Position numbers and translations under genes: made by a program. From contig OZ287752.1 of NCBI GenBank assembly GCA_965649765.1, positions 56,668,001-56,732,000 of the forward strand: 64,000 bases of DNA, given 5' to 3'. Shown piece after piece: positions 1 through 13,730 of this stretch. Position 1 is the first letter of the stretch. Every line of letters begins with the position of its first letter. The notes beneath the pieces were generated by a model that saw only the letters and a list, made by a program, of their open reading frames with translations, did not search any database and was not told the DNA's origin. The DNA comes from Bispira polyomma. Taxonomy: Eukaryota.

Positions 1-2499
1 CACAATCAGTAAAACAGCTGCAATTTGTGCTGACATCTATAAGCATAAGGTGTTGCTTTTCATAATGGTTTCTATAAATATGATACACAGACTTGTGCAA
101 GTCTATATTCACTGCTGCAAGCACAAATAAATAAATCAGAGTAACTATAAGTATTACAAAAATATGAGGTTTTCAAAATCATACAGGAATGGCAATCAGA
201 TGCAAATGTTCCTTGTTTATTGGAATATACCAGGTTGCATACATGACTTATGGTGGTATTTTGCTCAGAACCATTTGCTATTTGAAAAAGTATAACTGAA
301 CTGACTAGAAGCTAGTCATATCAGTTAGTTGTTCAAGTATATGTATATGTAACAACTTTGTATTTATTAAGCATAAAATCTGATTATACCGTTAAGCTAA
401 ATCACAAAGAATGTAAACTTAACATGATTGATGAAATTGCTGTCAGTAATACTTAGGATTTAATATGTCTGTGAGAAACTATACAAAGTCAAATTGTCTG
501 ACAATGAAATTAAAGTTTTCTGATTGCAACACTTCTCTTGTAACTCTTAATTTTATTCAGTAATAGATTTTTTTCTCTTCTATATTTGTAATTCTATATT
601 TAAAAAACACTATTTAAAATAGGTACTTTGTGTGTACAAATAAATATATATATTTGGGAACCTGTTGGTCAAAAATTGTATTTTTGTCAGTTATGCCTGA
701 TGGTATAGTAGATTGATCTGGTTATGATTTAGGTTTTAGGATCACTTGCAGTTAAAAAGGTTAGAGATTTTGAGGTAGCAACTAAACAAGTTTCTAGGGT
801 AAGGTCGGGGATTGGGTTGAGGAAAACGTATGGTCTCGGGTTTAAGAATATCTTCTCAGTGGAGTATCTACATTAAAGACAGACTGGATGCAATTTTAAC
901 ACAGTTTTGCAGAAGAGATTGTAAACCAATTTAATATAATTGTTCAGCTAGACATACCAACACTGTTTCTTCACTAATGGACTAGCAAGATAATTGAATT
1001 CCAAGACACCGACAGAACTACATATAGCATTGAGTCTAATTGCATCACTGGATTATGATGTACTGAATAATTTAGGGACCGCTTTTTATTATATCAACAT
1101 ATACACCGGTTGATCTTTTGATTTCAATAATGACTTTTGGAATTTCTTTTTCTTTTCTAGATAATATAAGATATAGCAAAACATGATGGCAAAGATATAT
1201 TTAGCCATTTTTAATAAGTGGCCAATTGTCATTGCTACTAATTCACAGTCCGAAAAAAGCTGTATTGATACAGCTGCTTTAGGAATATTAACACATGTAA
1301 CATCAAGCTACAGGACATGAAGTGGTATATTTTATTTAGCAAAACATATGCCTATATGTATTTGTTCATTTAAAGCAGCCCATTCATATCTGTGTACATT
1401 CATATTAGTTAGTCTACTCCCTACACATTACTCATTACTACATCTAGTAACACATAATAAGATAACACACGATTATAGTTTATATGCATTTGAATATGGC
1501 AAAGGACCTCATACCTGGTTCAGTACACACAATCATGAAGTGGATATATTTGAAATAAATAAAAGATTTTTTCCCTAAAAGAACCAAAACATAACCACTT
1601 ATATATGCTTTGCATGCAAACATTCCCATATAATCAAATTCCATTTGTTAACTATGAAATTAGAAACATATGTACACATCTATACTACTTAGACCATTTA
1701 TATCATTAAATTAAAGGTATTTTGATTTATGTTTTTACCAAATATCATAGCAAAAATAAAATCTGAATCTATGAACCTGTTGAATAGAGAGAACATGACA
1801 CACCAAGCAGGTAGCCAATATTAGTCTTAGGGACAAAGTCGGCATATCCATCAGTCGTCATGGTAACGAAGGCTTACCACTGTGCATGTATACCTGAAAG
1901 GAACAAATCTACAGGATTAATGTAGATCTCTATTAAAAAAACACACTATACACAGTCGAACCCATGGTTATAATGATACTCAAGAGGAAGGCTTCTTTCA
2001 TGCTGTACTTGTAGGCCAATAATATCATCCGCAGTGGTTTAAAATGTAAGACGATGAGCCAAAATCAAAACAGTATGAATAGGTGCAAGATTACCAATAT
2101 TATGCTGGTATGAACATGCCTATCCAGGAACTTCCAGTTCTTCACAGACCACAACAAAAATTATGACAACCAACCATATGTGAAAAGATATGAGAGTCAA
2201 GAGGAATGTTAAAAAAAAAAATAAATAGTAGTTTGCAATAGCAAATATTACAAATTTTTTAAATATATACATTTTTAAAAATATACCAACATATATATGT
2301 GCCACATCAACAGGAGTTAACACAAGTACGATTTATAACTATTAGAAGTAGCATGTTTCATTTAGGAATAATTACTTTCGATTATAGTTGACTGACTGCC
2401 TTCTTAGACAGGAACTGCTCTCTGCTCACTAAATGGATGTACAACTAACATTTACCAACCTTTCCCGGCAGAGAATCCAAAGGATTTACCAACAGTTCT

Positions 2500-4260
2500 A
2501 AAATTTTCTCCATTAGCCAACCATGTGGCTTATATACAATGCTGCTCTCTGTCTTTTCCTCTTATACAGCATCCACGCCATGCCCTGTTACATTTACTTT
2601 TATTGGGTGGTGTTCTAACAGCTCATCTGATTGGTTAATTGTGTCTTTGTCTCTGGCTTGCTTCCTCATTTTCAGTGGACATACCCACAGGCAAGATGAT
2701 GTGGTATTGCTGCAGTTCACCCATTCTTCAGAAATCGTTCTTTATAATAGCTGTGGCAAGGTGGGTCTGGTTGGGGGTATGGCGGGATGCACAAAAATTT
2801 TACTTGTTTCTTCTCTGGTGTTGAAATTCGATATTGAGTTTCAGAAGGAAAACAGACAAACTTAGTGGTTCAAACGCATTGATTGACTATTGTCAAGAGT
2901 AGGGTATAATAACTTTGACATTTTTTGTCGAATGAGAGTATATTCAGCTTTGACAGGATTTATTTCAATTTGGAGTGATTCACAGACAGTTATAAAATTG
3001 ATCAACATTTTTAGGTGTATCATGAGAATTAAGAGAGAGAGATAAACCTAGGTGTCATCAACATACATGTTGTGTTTGATATTGTGATTAATGATAACAG
3101 TGCTGAGGAGAGGTGAATAGAGGGTAAAAAGTAAAGGCACGAGGACTGACTTAAAAGAGAATGAGAAGTGCTCATCTAATTTTTGTGCTCTAAAAATGAG
3201 ATAGGTTTCAATGAGGGACAGTGCCATTAAGTCGAAACCATTATTTGAAGGTGTCAAAAAGTAAGCAATTGTCAACTATATCAAAGGTTGCAGAGACATC
3301 TAAAAGGGTGGGCATAATTTCGTCATAATCTAAGGCAAAGTTAATATCGTTACCAATGAAAAAGGGGCACTTTCTGTAGAGTGAAACTTTCTGTAAGACT
3401 AGTGATAACAGTTTGAAATGTTATGTGTGTTGAGGTGCTCAGAGATTTGTTGTGGAATAGCTTTCTCGATGCATTTAGAGACAAAGATCAGATTGGAATC
3501 AGGTCTATCATTTTTAGCTAGTGTTCGTTAGGTCCTGGTTTTTTAACCTTTTAATACAAGAGGGACAAACACCATCACAAAGTGAAATTTTAATAATGTT
3601 GGTTATATGTGTGTTAAGAATGTCCAGTCATGGATGTCCAGAGTAATGGCTGGCGCAGGATCCAATTGCAGAACTTGTTAGAAAAGGATTTTATGAGTTT
3701 GAGAACATTGTTCTCTGAAAGTGAAAGTCTGACAGTGGAACAGATGAAAAACTTTGTAACCTGGGGTTTAAATTTCGGGGTTTCCCAGTGGTAAAATATT
3801 GGTGGATTTCCAGAGTGTTAGAAAATACCATAACTTCAGAAGAATCAACAGTAATAAATTTCAAAATTGTAAACTCCAAAGGTCTAATTAGATATTTATA
3901 CCAGAAGATGGTCTATTTGTTATGGTTAACTTCAGTTTAGATTGGGTTTACGATGGTGAGTTGACAGGCGGAAGAAATCAGAGCTAGATAGTTGGTGAAT
4001 GTTTCCTGTTCTGCAAACCATCGGCCGTCAGCAAGTATACTGCTAACTTTCCCACCCACATACCAAGATTGTGATTTGAACCTGTGAGTGCAGAAATGGG
4101 ATTTAGTTGTTATGGCGAGGTAGTAGTGATCATTTAAGGGACAACACACTGGGGCAAGATGTAAGAACACACCATCGTCTTTTGGTGAAGATCAGTGGTA
4201 TGTTGTAAGAATATTCATTTCTAGAGAACGAGTACCCCAGAGGATGCATTGTCAGGAATT
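2500..4260 (-). mobile_element. Degenerate L2/CR1-clade LINE (endonuclease/RT remnant)
   Basis: Broken frames with 'ALSLIETYL', 'VLVPLLFTLY', 'NMYVDDT' (YADDT motif); boundaries approximate. Confidence 0.75.
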
Positions 4261-4836
4261 TGACACTAAAAACATGCTCCAAATACACTACATAAATAAT
4301 TGTGATCTATGGATTTGGACAATAGTTTGAAACGGACAGCTAAGTCATAAAAATGTATATCAAAATTTAAAAGGTAAAATTTGGATTACTAAGGTATAAT
4401 TTTCTCATTTTGTATTTTTGTAAGAGGCCTACTTTCATTTGACAACTAATGAGTTCAAGAAGGTTGCTGATCAAATGCCCTAATTTAAGTTATTTTATCT
4501 AAAGTGTACTTTCTGGGGTTTTATTGACCTAACATGTATTAGTTGTTTTAGTGTACAACTTAATTTTGTCGATTAATTACTACTGTATCACATGAAAAAA
4601 AAAACTGTTGATGGGAAACGTAATGTCCCACCAGGTGACGAAAAATAATGTTTACAAATACATAGAGTATGAAAATATATTTAACACATTACTGAATTTA
4701 AAGGTAATATATAAACAACTAATTAGATGTACAACTATATGTTTTTCAGTAAAAATTCTGTGAAAACAGAGACTCTGAAAAACCCAAATAATACCATGAG
4801 TCAATAATAAGACAGTGAATAGAAAACACAAAGACA

Positions 4837-4842
4837 TTTATT
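4837..4842 (-). terminator. Probable polyadenylation signal of gene A
   Basis: AATAAA on the minus strand followed by a GT/T-rich tract, about 900 nt after the stop codon. Confidence 0.4.
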
Positions 4843-5744
4843 GGTGTAAAATAACTTGTAAAAATAACAATACTTTAATACTTAATATTCCCATGTAAAA
4901 TATAAAAAAGCAAAATATGGTGTGAATATGTATGAAAACAATAAATATGTATTAATACACAATAAAATTCAAATAAATACAGAGTAATTATCATATATAA
5001 CCTGTGATAGATGTAATAGAACAATGTATAACGGAATCCAAAATAAAAAATAGCTGATGAACTTGAAGAGAAAACTTAAATAAATCACCAGTAAACGAAG
5101 ATATGCATACTTCCGGTATTTATCAATACTTAATTGAAAGAACGTAATACACATGTATTGTCAAATGCACTGCGGTTACAATATGTATAGTTCCAGAATT
5201 GATTCCAATATCAGTACCCAATTTCACATTTTCACTTCAATGACTATAAGGACTGCAATTAAAAATATATGCATCTAAACCATATCTCCAGATTTCTGTT
5301 TAATTAAAAAATATATTCCACAGAAATAATCTATGACTCCTTTTTGATGTCAATACATATTTTGTATTTCTAGTGATCTGAGTTCAATAGGAAGACTGTT
5401 CCATAACATAAGCTCTAGACTGAAGGAAAGACGAATAACAAAGTGTGGGGACTGTTGAGAGACAACAGCTTTGAAACTGGTGACATGGATTATAAACAAA
5501 ATTTGATCATGAATACGAAGTCAATGGACCTTTTTGAGGTATGGAGAACTATATCAGAGGTATGGAGAACTATATCAGACTATATAACTTATTATATTAT
5601 ACCACACAAATTACATCCGTTGTGTGAGTCCTCTATGACAACAATACATATATATATGACTAAAACTAATTCTATACATGAGGTTGAAATTGTTGCTCTA
5701 GATATTCGCACTGAGTATTACCCAGGCACCTTTGTGTATAATGT

Positions 5745-5909
5745 TCAGATCTGGTGAGCACTGTTTCCTAAGAGTATTCTGTAGATGTCAGAGATCTGAT
5801 GGTACAAGTAGGACATGGCCACCAGACTGTATTTGTCTATGACATCCTTCTGATCAATGACAGACAGGGATATTGGTCTGTAGTTGATTTGGTGGTCTTC
5901 AATCTCATA
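5745..5909 (-). CDS. Gene A terminal exon (CD loop + putative helix D)
   Basis: ctatttttcag acceptor, phase 0, 54 codons to TGA. Confidence 0.85.
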   Translation of the reverse strand, partial: YEIEDHQINYRPISLSVIDQKDVIDKYSLVAMSYLYHQISDIYRILLGNSAHQI

Positions 5910-8900
5910 CTGAAAAATAGTGTGATAATGTTGGGTACTTAAAGCAATTGTTACCCTGGTTTTGCTGTGTACATGCAGTGTGTATGTCATTATTGTAGTT
6001 TATTGTAATTGATTTACCTTTATCCGGTAATTGAAGTGCTGATTGATCTTTTATTGACTTCCCAAGTATAGCCAGCCAGTACTAGTAACTGTCATTCCCC
6101 AAAGCGAAGAGAGAAGCTTGAGGGTGACTGATTATATAGGTTTTTAATAATCCACTTTTAATTTAAACTTTGTATAGCCATATTAAGTAATCCAGTGTTA
6201 CACATTAAAACCCATCACTTACCCTATATCTGATGAGACCTACTAAATCAGTAAGCCCACTGTTGATGTACATGTTCAGTTCAGAGAAGAGCCTCTCTTT
6301 GGGTGTTCTATCAGGTCTACACGCCATTGAACACAAGAGTGTATCCTCACCAATACAGTCATTAACCTGGACAGAAGCCAGTCCTACAGTTACAAGGGAA
6401 TCAGCTATGTGCTCAAGATACTTACTCCTCAGATACACTTCTTGGAGTCTTGCCATCTGAAAATGTAATTGTAAATGTGTAGGTTTATGGCTGATATCAC
6501 CTTTAGTGAGGTATTGTCCAACTTTACAATTTACAACCCGAGGGTGAGTTCTTTCAGTTGTCTTAGAGATATTAGAGATGTTGTTTTTGTAGTAATATAA
6601 CAAGTATGTACTGTCTGGTATCTATGGCACATACAAAAATCAGTTTACTGGTTTACTACATAGCTTGCATTGTGATGGTCACAGAACATTATAATAACCT
6701 CATTTAGAACATTTGAAATATGCTATATACATACATATATACATGTTTTGCTGGAGATTTATGTTTGTTTCTAGGGATTGATTTATATTTTATATGGGTT
6801 TTTATTGGTGATGTGTGTATGTTTTAATATTGATTACAATGGAAAACCTATATTTTTCAAGTTTCACATGCAGTTAGTGGACGGTTAAACTAGAAACTAA
6901 CACAGTGTAAATTTGCTTTCATATAAAATTTAAACAAACTTCAATTAAAAAGCTTCTTAGATTGCATCTTTATTTGTTATATTATTCTTTTAAAATAAGC
7001 ATGTGACATTTTCTGTTTTTAACAAAGCTTTTTGAGACGTTGTAAATGACCATATACAACAAAAATACTTCTTATTCATGTGCCTTTTATTTGAAGAGTT
7101 AATTAATGCTATCGTGACTTCCCAAGTACAGTCAAAAAGTAACTGACATTCCCCAAACTTATACGACACATGGTTGGAGATGACGATTTATTAACGTTGC
7201 CAAGGTTTCTTATCTCACCACTGGGGATAGGCCCCAAACACTGAAGGCTGCCATTTTAAGTTTCAGTAATTATGATATATAGAACACACCTCAACAAATT
7301 CTAAATGTCTACACTGATATACCACACAATTGTTAGTTATAGTGACACTAACCCATTCAGTAGGGACAGATGTCTGTTGAGGAGATGGATTGTTGAGTCC
7401 CACAGAGTCATAGCTCTCGGCTGATACTGTGCGACACCATTCCAGAGCTGTGACTTCATCTGTCTCCGTGAAAAAACTCTGACACTGAAAATTTTAACAT
7501 GGGATTAATCTATGGCACTGCAGTGTGTTTATAAATTTGTAAACCTAGTTTAACATATATCTGACGTGCAACTGCAGCAATAAATTTTAAAAATTATAAA
7601 AACTAGAATTGCAGTACAAATATAAGAAACAAAATACCAACTGTTTAAACATATAACTTGACAAGGAACTGCAGTATTTATTAATATTTTGACAACCATT
7701 AAAACATGTATTTACGATGGAACTACAGCTTCTAGTAAACATTTGACAACTATATACTTGATGTGGAACTACATTATGTAAAAACTTTGACAACTATTTT
7801 AACACACATTTGATATGGAATGGCAATAGTTGATAAGAAATTGACAATTACTTTAAATTAAATAAAATGTTTGATATGGATGTGTAGTGTTTGATACAAA
7901 TCTGACATTTATTTGAACATATATCACAATTATTCAAACATTTAAACATATATTTGTACCTAAAAGCCAGGTCACACCTACACGTGCCAACGTCTCACAA
8001 CACAGTTAAACAATAATATAAACTGAAGACGCGGTAGTTCGTGTAAAAGTGACGTCATTTTCACAAAGGTGCAGTCGATTGTGATGTTTTATGACGTTTC
8101 ATGGCGATGTTGGTACTTTTACAGACGGAAAAAAAAAAATAACTTACATATCTAGTGTAAATTCTTTGACTCTTCAAAAGTAGGTCATAGTACAACATTT
8201 CTAGATTTTCATCTCTTCCTTTTCTGGTGTGTGGCCTCCGGGCGTGTGAAACTTGCAACAGCATTGCCAAAGCCAGCAGACATACAAGTGTGAAAACTGG
8301 AAGTAGATATTAAGTAGGTGTTCTATTTCTTTAATTCAAAAACACATTTGCACGATATTACATGGCGCCATTATCGTGTATACTCAATATGTTATAATGC
8401 CAAATTCCCATGACTACAGGTGTTACAAATATTGCTTAAGTAGTATTTTGATTGAAATATCATTTTCGGTAATTGATACGGTATTTAATTTAACTAATAT
8501 TCACTATGGACCATTTTCAGAAAACAAAGCAGATATATCAAAACATTTTTACTATCCAGAGTCATCATTGAATATAATACTCATAAAATAGATAAAGATA
8601 TTGTTGTAGTTGTGTAGCAATATGTACCCATTGCATATTGCTACCTTTATCTGGTATTCAAAGTGGTAGCTACACTTTTTTGACTGCTCAAGTACAGCCA
8701 ACCAACACAGTAACTGTCATTCCCAACTAAATGGTGAAAGCCTCAAGGATGGCCATTTATCACCGTCCTGATCGGGAGACAAAAAGACGGGAAATGTTTA
8801 ATTGCATTTGCATATATTTGCATTCCCCGTTTATCACCTATTTTAACCTCCGTTTTAACTCTGTCATGCCCAGTTTATATAACGCTTTCTCCAGTTCTAT

Positions 8901-11103
8901 GCAGTTCCGGCCAGATCATACAAGTTCTAAGTAGTTTAAGTTCCATTTAATCCGATGTAGCACCAGATTTTAACTCCCCTTTTTTTCTTGGGGGGGGGGG
9001 GGATTTGACAAGGGGGTGCTATATTTTCACTCCCCCCCCCTTGCAAAATTTTTACTCCCCAAATTATAATTGCCATTAGGGCATTATAGCTATTATAGAT
9101 CAATAGGAGGTAACACTGTGGTATGTGGGTTTTCATTTATATATTCATGGCAAATTGGTGAAAATATGGCAGCCCCCTTGCCAAATTTTTACTTCCCAAA
9201 TCATAATTGCTATATGGGCATTATACTTATTATAGATCAATAGGAAATAACACTGTGGTATGTGGGTTTTTGTGTATATACGATGGCAAAGTTATCTAGG
9301 TAGGGACCCTATTATAATAACTCACAGGTTTGAGAGTAATGTAATGAGTTTGGTTAAAACACTAATTTCATTAAAATATTTTAGTTTAAATGATTTTCAT
9401 CTTTATCATTTCTGTACATACAAATCTAAATTTACATGTTTGGTTGTATAACAAATAACATATATATATATATTTACATAGGAAATTCAAATTTTTGAAG
9501 AATTGAAGATATAGAATATAGATATAAATTGAGAATTTCATCATTTCTGCAAAATAGTACAGATTAACACCTATTTTTTTACACACATTGAATTGGAATA
9601 TTCTATTTAAACTGATATATAAGCCTTAAGGCTGAGTGTTACATTAATAAAACATGTGAAACTTTGTATATCCGTACATGTAAAACACACTGTCAGTATA
9701 ATTAGGTAATTTATCTATCTATTTACATATACAATATACATACATAAACCTTTGAAGTTAACTAGGATATTAGATAATTGGCTTCTCATTGTGGTATACA
9801 ATACAAAGCGGAATTGATTACTAAACAACTGAATGTGGTTTTTCATAAGGAAACTCATCAGTACCTTGATTACTTGATTGTTTGATTAACTGGATTACTA
9901 GATGATTAGATGTGGCTCCTCATTGAGGTATATACTACTACAAAACTGGCTTGATCACCTAATAACTGAATTTAGCTTCTTGATTACAAGCGGCTTCCCA
10001 TAATTTAGTTGATTACTTCACTAAACGTGGTTTCTCATAGTGTGGTAAACATTTTTTATAGTAACTTCATGAAATACCCTTTGAAATTATCTTGATAGTT
10101 GCTTCTTACTTTTAAATAGTGGAATTAGACACATGGCTTCTCTTGAAAACTGGGCAACATTAAGTGTATATAAAGAGAGTGATATAAAAGTTAACTTTAT
10201 TATATTTCATATGTTGTTAGTTAATGAAAGCGTTGTATGAAGAGTTTATTTATTTAAGTATCAGTACCAGCCACAACTCCTAAATTATCTGCTTTATCCA
10301 AGTCATCCCATGCCATATCAACAATAAACCAGTATTTTTACAATCATCATTTGTTTTGCAATCGATATATTAATTATTGTTTTATTTATCGTTAAAAATT
10401 TCTGGCTGCAGCTCCCGTTCTTGCCATTTATGCTCGTTTAAGCCCAGTTTATGCCCACGTTTACTCAAGTTCACACATGTCCTCAGAACGGGGACAGTGT
10501 AAATACCACTTAACTATTTGATCTGACTCGAACCCCAATTTTTTTTTCATTCCCAAACTAGAATGTTGCCAACTAGGCCATAGTGGCAGAGAAAAAGCTT
10601 TTGTTAAAGTAATGTGAAGGCATTTGCAACTAAAATACAAAATCATCTGATTCACAGTTCTAAAACACTGTTCTAGCAGCAACAACATCACTCAGAATAG
10701 CATCAGTAATGGAGTGGCATCTTAACCAATGTTTTATGTCTCCACATTTCTTTAGCATGTGACTGGCAATAGCAACAATTTTAGGTGAGCCCCCCAAAGA
10801 TCATAGACATGCCTCAAATTAATGTTGTAGTTAGAAATCTACCACAATCAGATCATATATGATCATAGCCCAGGATGCCATGCCAACAGATGCACTACAT
10901 ATTTTGAATATATATTTGTCACGGTCACAATGTCACACTGTATGTTATAACAAAAGAAAACTAAAACGTTTTTGTGAAAATTAATATAAATGAAATAATC
11001 TGTAACCGCGACAAAAATTAATTCTTACCTTTCATTTTGACGTGAAAATTAATATAAATGAAATAATCTGTAACCGCGACAATAATTAATTCTTACCTTT
11101 CAT
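5745..11103 (-). CDS. Gene A: secreted 228-aa predicted four-helix (long-chain class-I cytokine-like) protein, 5 coding exons
   Basis: Exons 11103-11097 (or duplicate 11035-11029), 8296-8148, 7484-7353, 6456-6223, 5909-5745 all have GT..AG ends and join in one frame (687 nt incl. stop), phases 1,0,0,0. Protein: MKVFTLVCLLALAMLLQVSHA-RRPHTRKGRDENLEMLYYDLLLKSQRIYTRY/CQSFFTETDEVTALEWCRTVSAESYDSVGLNNPSPQQTSVPTEW/MARLQEVYLRSKYLEHIADSLVTVGLASVQVNDCIGEDTLLCSMACRPDRTPKERLFSELNMYINSGLTDLVGLIRYR/YEIEDHQINYRPISLSVIDQKDVIDKYSLVAMSYLYHQISDIYRILLGNSAHQI*. Gene model is well supported; cytokine identity is inference. Confidence 0.8.
6223..6456 (-). CDS. Gene A exon 4 (putative helices B and C)
   Basis: cattttcag acceptor, AGG|gtaagt donor, 234 nt open, phase 0-0. 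Confidence 0.88.
7353..7484 (-). CDS. Gene A exon 3 (putative AB loop)
   Basis: aattttcag acceptor, TGG|gttagt donor, 132 nt open, phase 0-0. Confidence 0.85.
8148..8296 (-). CDS. Gene A exon 2 (signal peptide + putative helix A)
   Basis: Acceptor ctacttccag, donor TAT|gtaagt; hydrophobic FTLVCLLALAMLLQVSHA. Confidence 0.85.
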
Positions 11104-11109
11104 TTTGAC
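10974..11109. repeat. 68-bp tandem duplication containing the start codon and donor of gene A
   Basis: 10974-11041 vs 11042-11109, one mismatch. Confidence 0.95.
11097..11103 (-). CDS. Gene A exon 1 (ATG AAA G, phase-1 donor)
   Basis: Minus strand reads caaaATGAAAG|gtaaga. Joined to exon 2 it gives MKVFTLVCLL. An identical copy lies at 11029-11035. Confidence 0.7.
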
Positions 11110-11173
11110 AGTTTGAAATAATAGCAAGAAATTATTCAATTTAATGGTTATTGAATGCAAGACTATGCTCTAA

Positions 11174-11203
11174 TTCTTAGAATAGCGTGTGCTTCTATAT
11201 ATA
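11174..11203 (-). promoter_or_regulatory. Candidate core promoter of gene A: TATA box with adjacent STAT (GAS) palindrome
   Basis: TATATATA at 11196-11203, about 95 nt upstream of the exon-1 ATG; TTCTTAGAA at 11174-11182. Confidence 0.4.
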
Positions 11204-13189
11204 CTCTTTAAGACCATTACAAGTGAATTAGATAATCTGGTAATTTTGGCAGTAAGATACCCTTTCAGGTTATACCAGAATGATTTCAGTTTCTTACCTT
11301 ATAAACTATTCCAGGATGCACATCCCAGCACTGATACTGGTCATTCTAAAGGCATATCGTGAGATTTTTAAATCGTCAGTTTTTTCCCAGTTTTGGAATC
11401 ACACCCACCATTATCATACACATTTATATGGATATTGTACATAGCCTGTGGCCTAGTGTGCAAATAGTTTCTAAAATTTACAGATATACACTAAAAAGGT
11501 TATATCACAAAATAAAAACTTTCTGTATATACTGGATATATATAATTTATATGTCAACATCATACATAGCATCTTTGATTTTAATCCTTGAACATGTAAA
11601 GTGTAAAATCGTACAGACACATGTAGAAATATTAGTAGTTCCATGTGTGCAATGGAATTCCCTAACATGTAATAATTCTCGTCTCAGTTTATTTCCTCAT
11701 TGATATTTGCTTTGTGACCTAATATACATATATAAAATCTGACCTGCCATTTCAGGCCTGTGTCAATAACCAGAGTTAATGGAAAGAAAATGAGTCCTAA
11801 ATGTAAATATACTTAAGTGAGTAGTGGAAGATATTCAGAAAAAATGCATCTATTTTAAAAACAACTGGTATTCGATACTCACAAATTCATGACCTGTTTG
11901 GTTACATTATATTGGAATTCCGGTGTACATCGTGACAGAAACTAAGATTTAATAAATTTATGCATATTATAGATGAAATCTGAGCTAATCTATTTGGGCT
12001 CAAGTTAAAAATATAAACGAAATGATAAAACAGGAAAAAATCAAGTCTTTTTTGCCATATTTTATTTGATATGTAAGGTTTCAAATTCAAATATCAAATT
12101 GTGGACTCCTGGTGACAGTGCTGGATTTGTGACACAAGAGTCCTTAGTTTGATTTTCAGTGTGTAAATGTGTGTAGGTTCTTCCACTTGTGAACCAATTG
12201 TTCATTCTCAGCTGCCGCAGGAAACATACTAGCCATGCAGCCATATTTTTACACTTGGCTAGAGAGGGACAACTTTTGTGTAAAACACCATGTCCAAGGA
12301 CACAATCTCCAGGCCAGCTGCAAGGATTGAAACCTTGAAACACTAAAGTTTGACACTCTAACCACTACGCCTAGTGGTACTGTGGTTTACATCTGTTTAG
12401 ACACTTTTCATGAGATCTGTCCATAGTATTGTCCATCTTTATCCATGTGTGGTAATAGGTAACTAGTTGCTTGAATTTTGGTGTGTGAACAGAGATGGTA
12501 CCTTTTCAAAGAGAACAACTAAGAGTGGACAATTATTTGACAAAAAAACTTTTTTTTTGAAAATAGCATGTTACTCAATCAAGACCAAATCATGAATTTC
12601 CCCCTTACTGCGTTGGTTGTGGTTTCAACTGTCAGGGGACATTTGATATAAATTTAATTTTAAAAAAAACAACATTTTAATAGGAAGTTGAAAATTAAAG
12701 TTCCTGCAAACACCGGAGCTACTGTAGATACATAGGAATTAATTCAATTTAGAAATATGACAAAGCAAAATAACATTTAGTTTTTAAAACCTCGAGATAT
12801 AACCTATACTTTTAGTTTTCGGTCATTTTCAATTCCAATTGGTTGATATTTATGATTTCCCTTTTATCAATTAAAAAGAAAACATATGTTGGTAAGACTG
12901 GAAAAGGGATAAGGGATTTGTCGGATAAATTGTTTTTAAGCGTACTACCGGATGTTATGTATAGTACTTATGAAGTGCAATATACTCTGTTTGCAAAGTG
13001 CACATCCACAGCCATATTCAAGAAGTACAATCCAAATGTATTGCAGGTCAGTATCCAGTGATCACTAGGGCATGAAATCACACTAACCAAAACAAATGAC
13101 TCCTTAGCTTCGTTCTGAACAAGTGTTATAAAAAACAGTGGTGCACTATATATATCAGACTTTTTTAGCACTTATTTTCGTTGTAACGA

Positions 13190-13730
13190 ATTCTAAGGCG
13201 CCAAAAAAACCACAGCCAGAGTCGAAAAACATAGGTGATAGACAGAAGGAAGTCGTCATCAATGCGTCCATCGAGAATGGCAAAGAGACTATTGAGGAAA
13301 TGCATCATTGAACAGATAGGTCTTTAAACTACACCGGAAGAAATACAGGGATGGAGCTGTCCTAATGTGTTGAAGCAAACTATTCCATAGGGTAGGGGCA
13401 TCATTTGCAAAACTTTTATCAAAGTGAACCTTTGACCTGTGTACTTATATTTTGGAACAAGAAGGAATCTATTTTTGGGAGCGGCTCTCCTGGTATTGAC
13501 TTTGTACTTGTAGTAGCTCAAGTGTGGTTCAAAGTATTTAGGCAAACCTGAATCGAGAAACTTATATACTATTGTAGCAGTTTTAAAAACACACCGATAC
13601 CTAACTTTGAAGCATTTCAAAGCTGAGCAGAACAACTGACCAGGCGTGCCAATGAGTTCTGGATGCATTGCAATTTCAATGTGACTAACACTCCTCAGTT
13701 TGGCTGGGTCGATTGCTTGCAAACAATCCA
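13190..13730 (-). mobile_element. LINE 3' remnant
   Basis: ORF2 C-terminal-like text (VRYRCVFKTATIVYKFL...VNTRR); related to the remnants at about 17620-17900 and 49000-49500. Confidence 0.6.

Noticed and set aside
6233-6460. Plus-strand ORF (likewise 25973-26239, 37734-37943, 55078-55326, 63049-63333)
   Set aside because: Antisense or off-frame shadows of real exons; splice signals support the other strand.
11298-11345. 48-nt AG..GT-bounded minus-strand segment (NDQYQCWDVHPGIVYK)
   Set aside because: Lies upstream of gene A's TATA/ATG and has no supported partner exon; at most a non-coding alternative exon.
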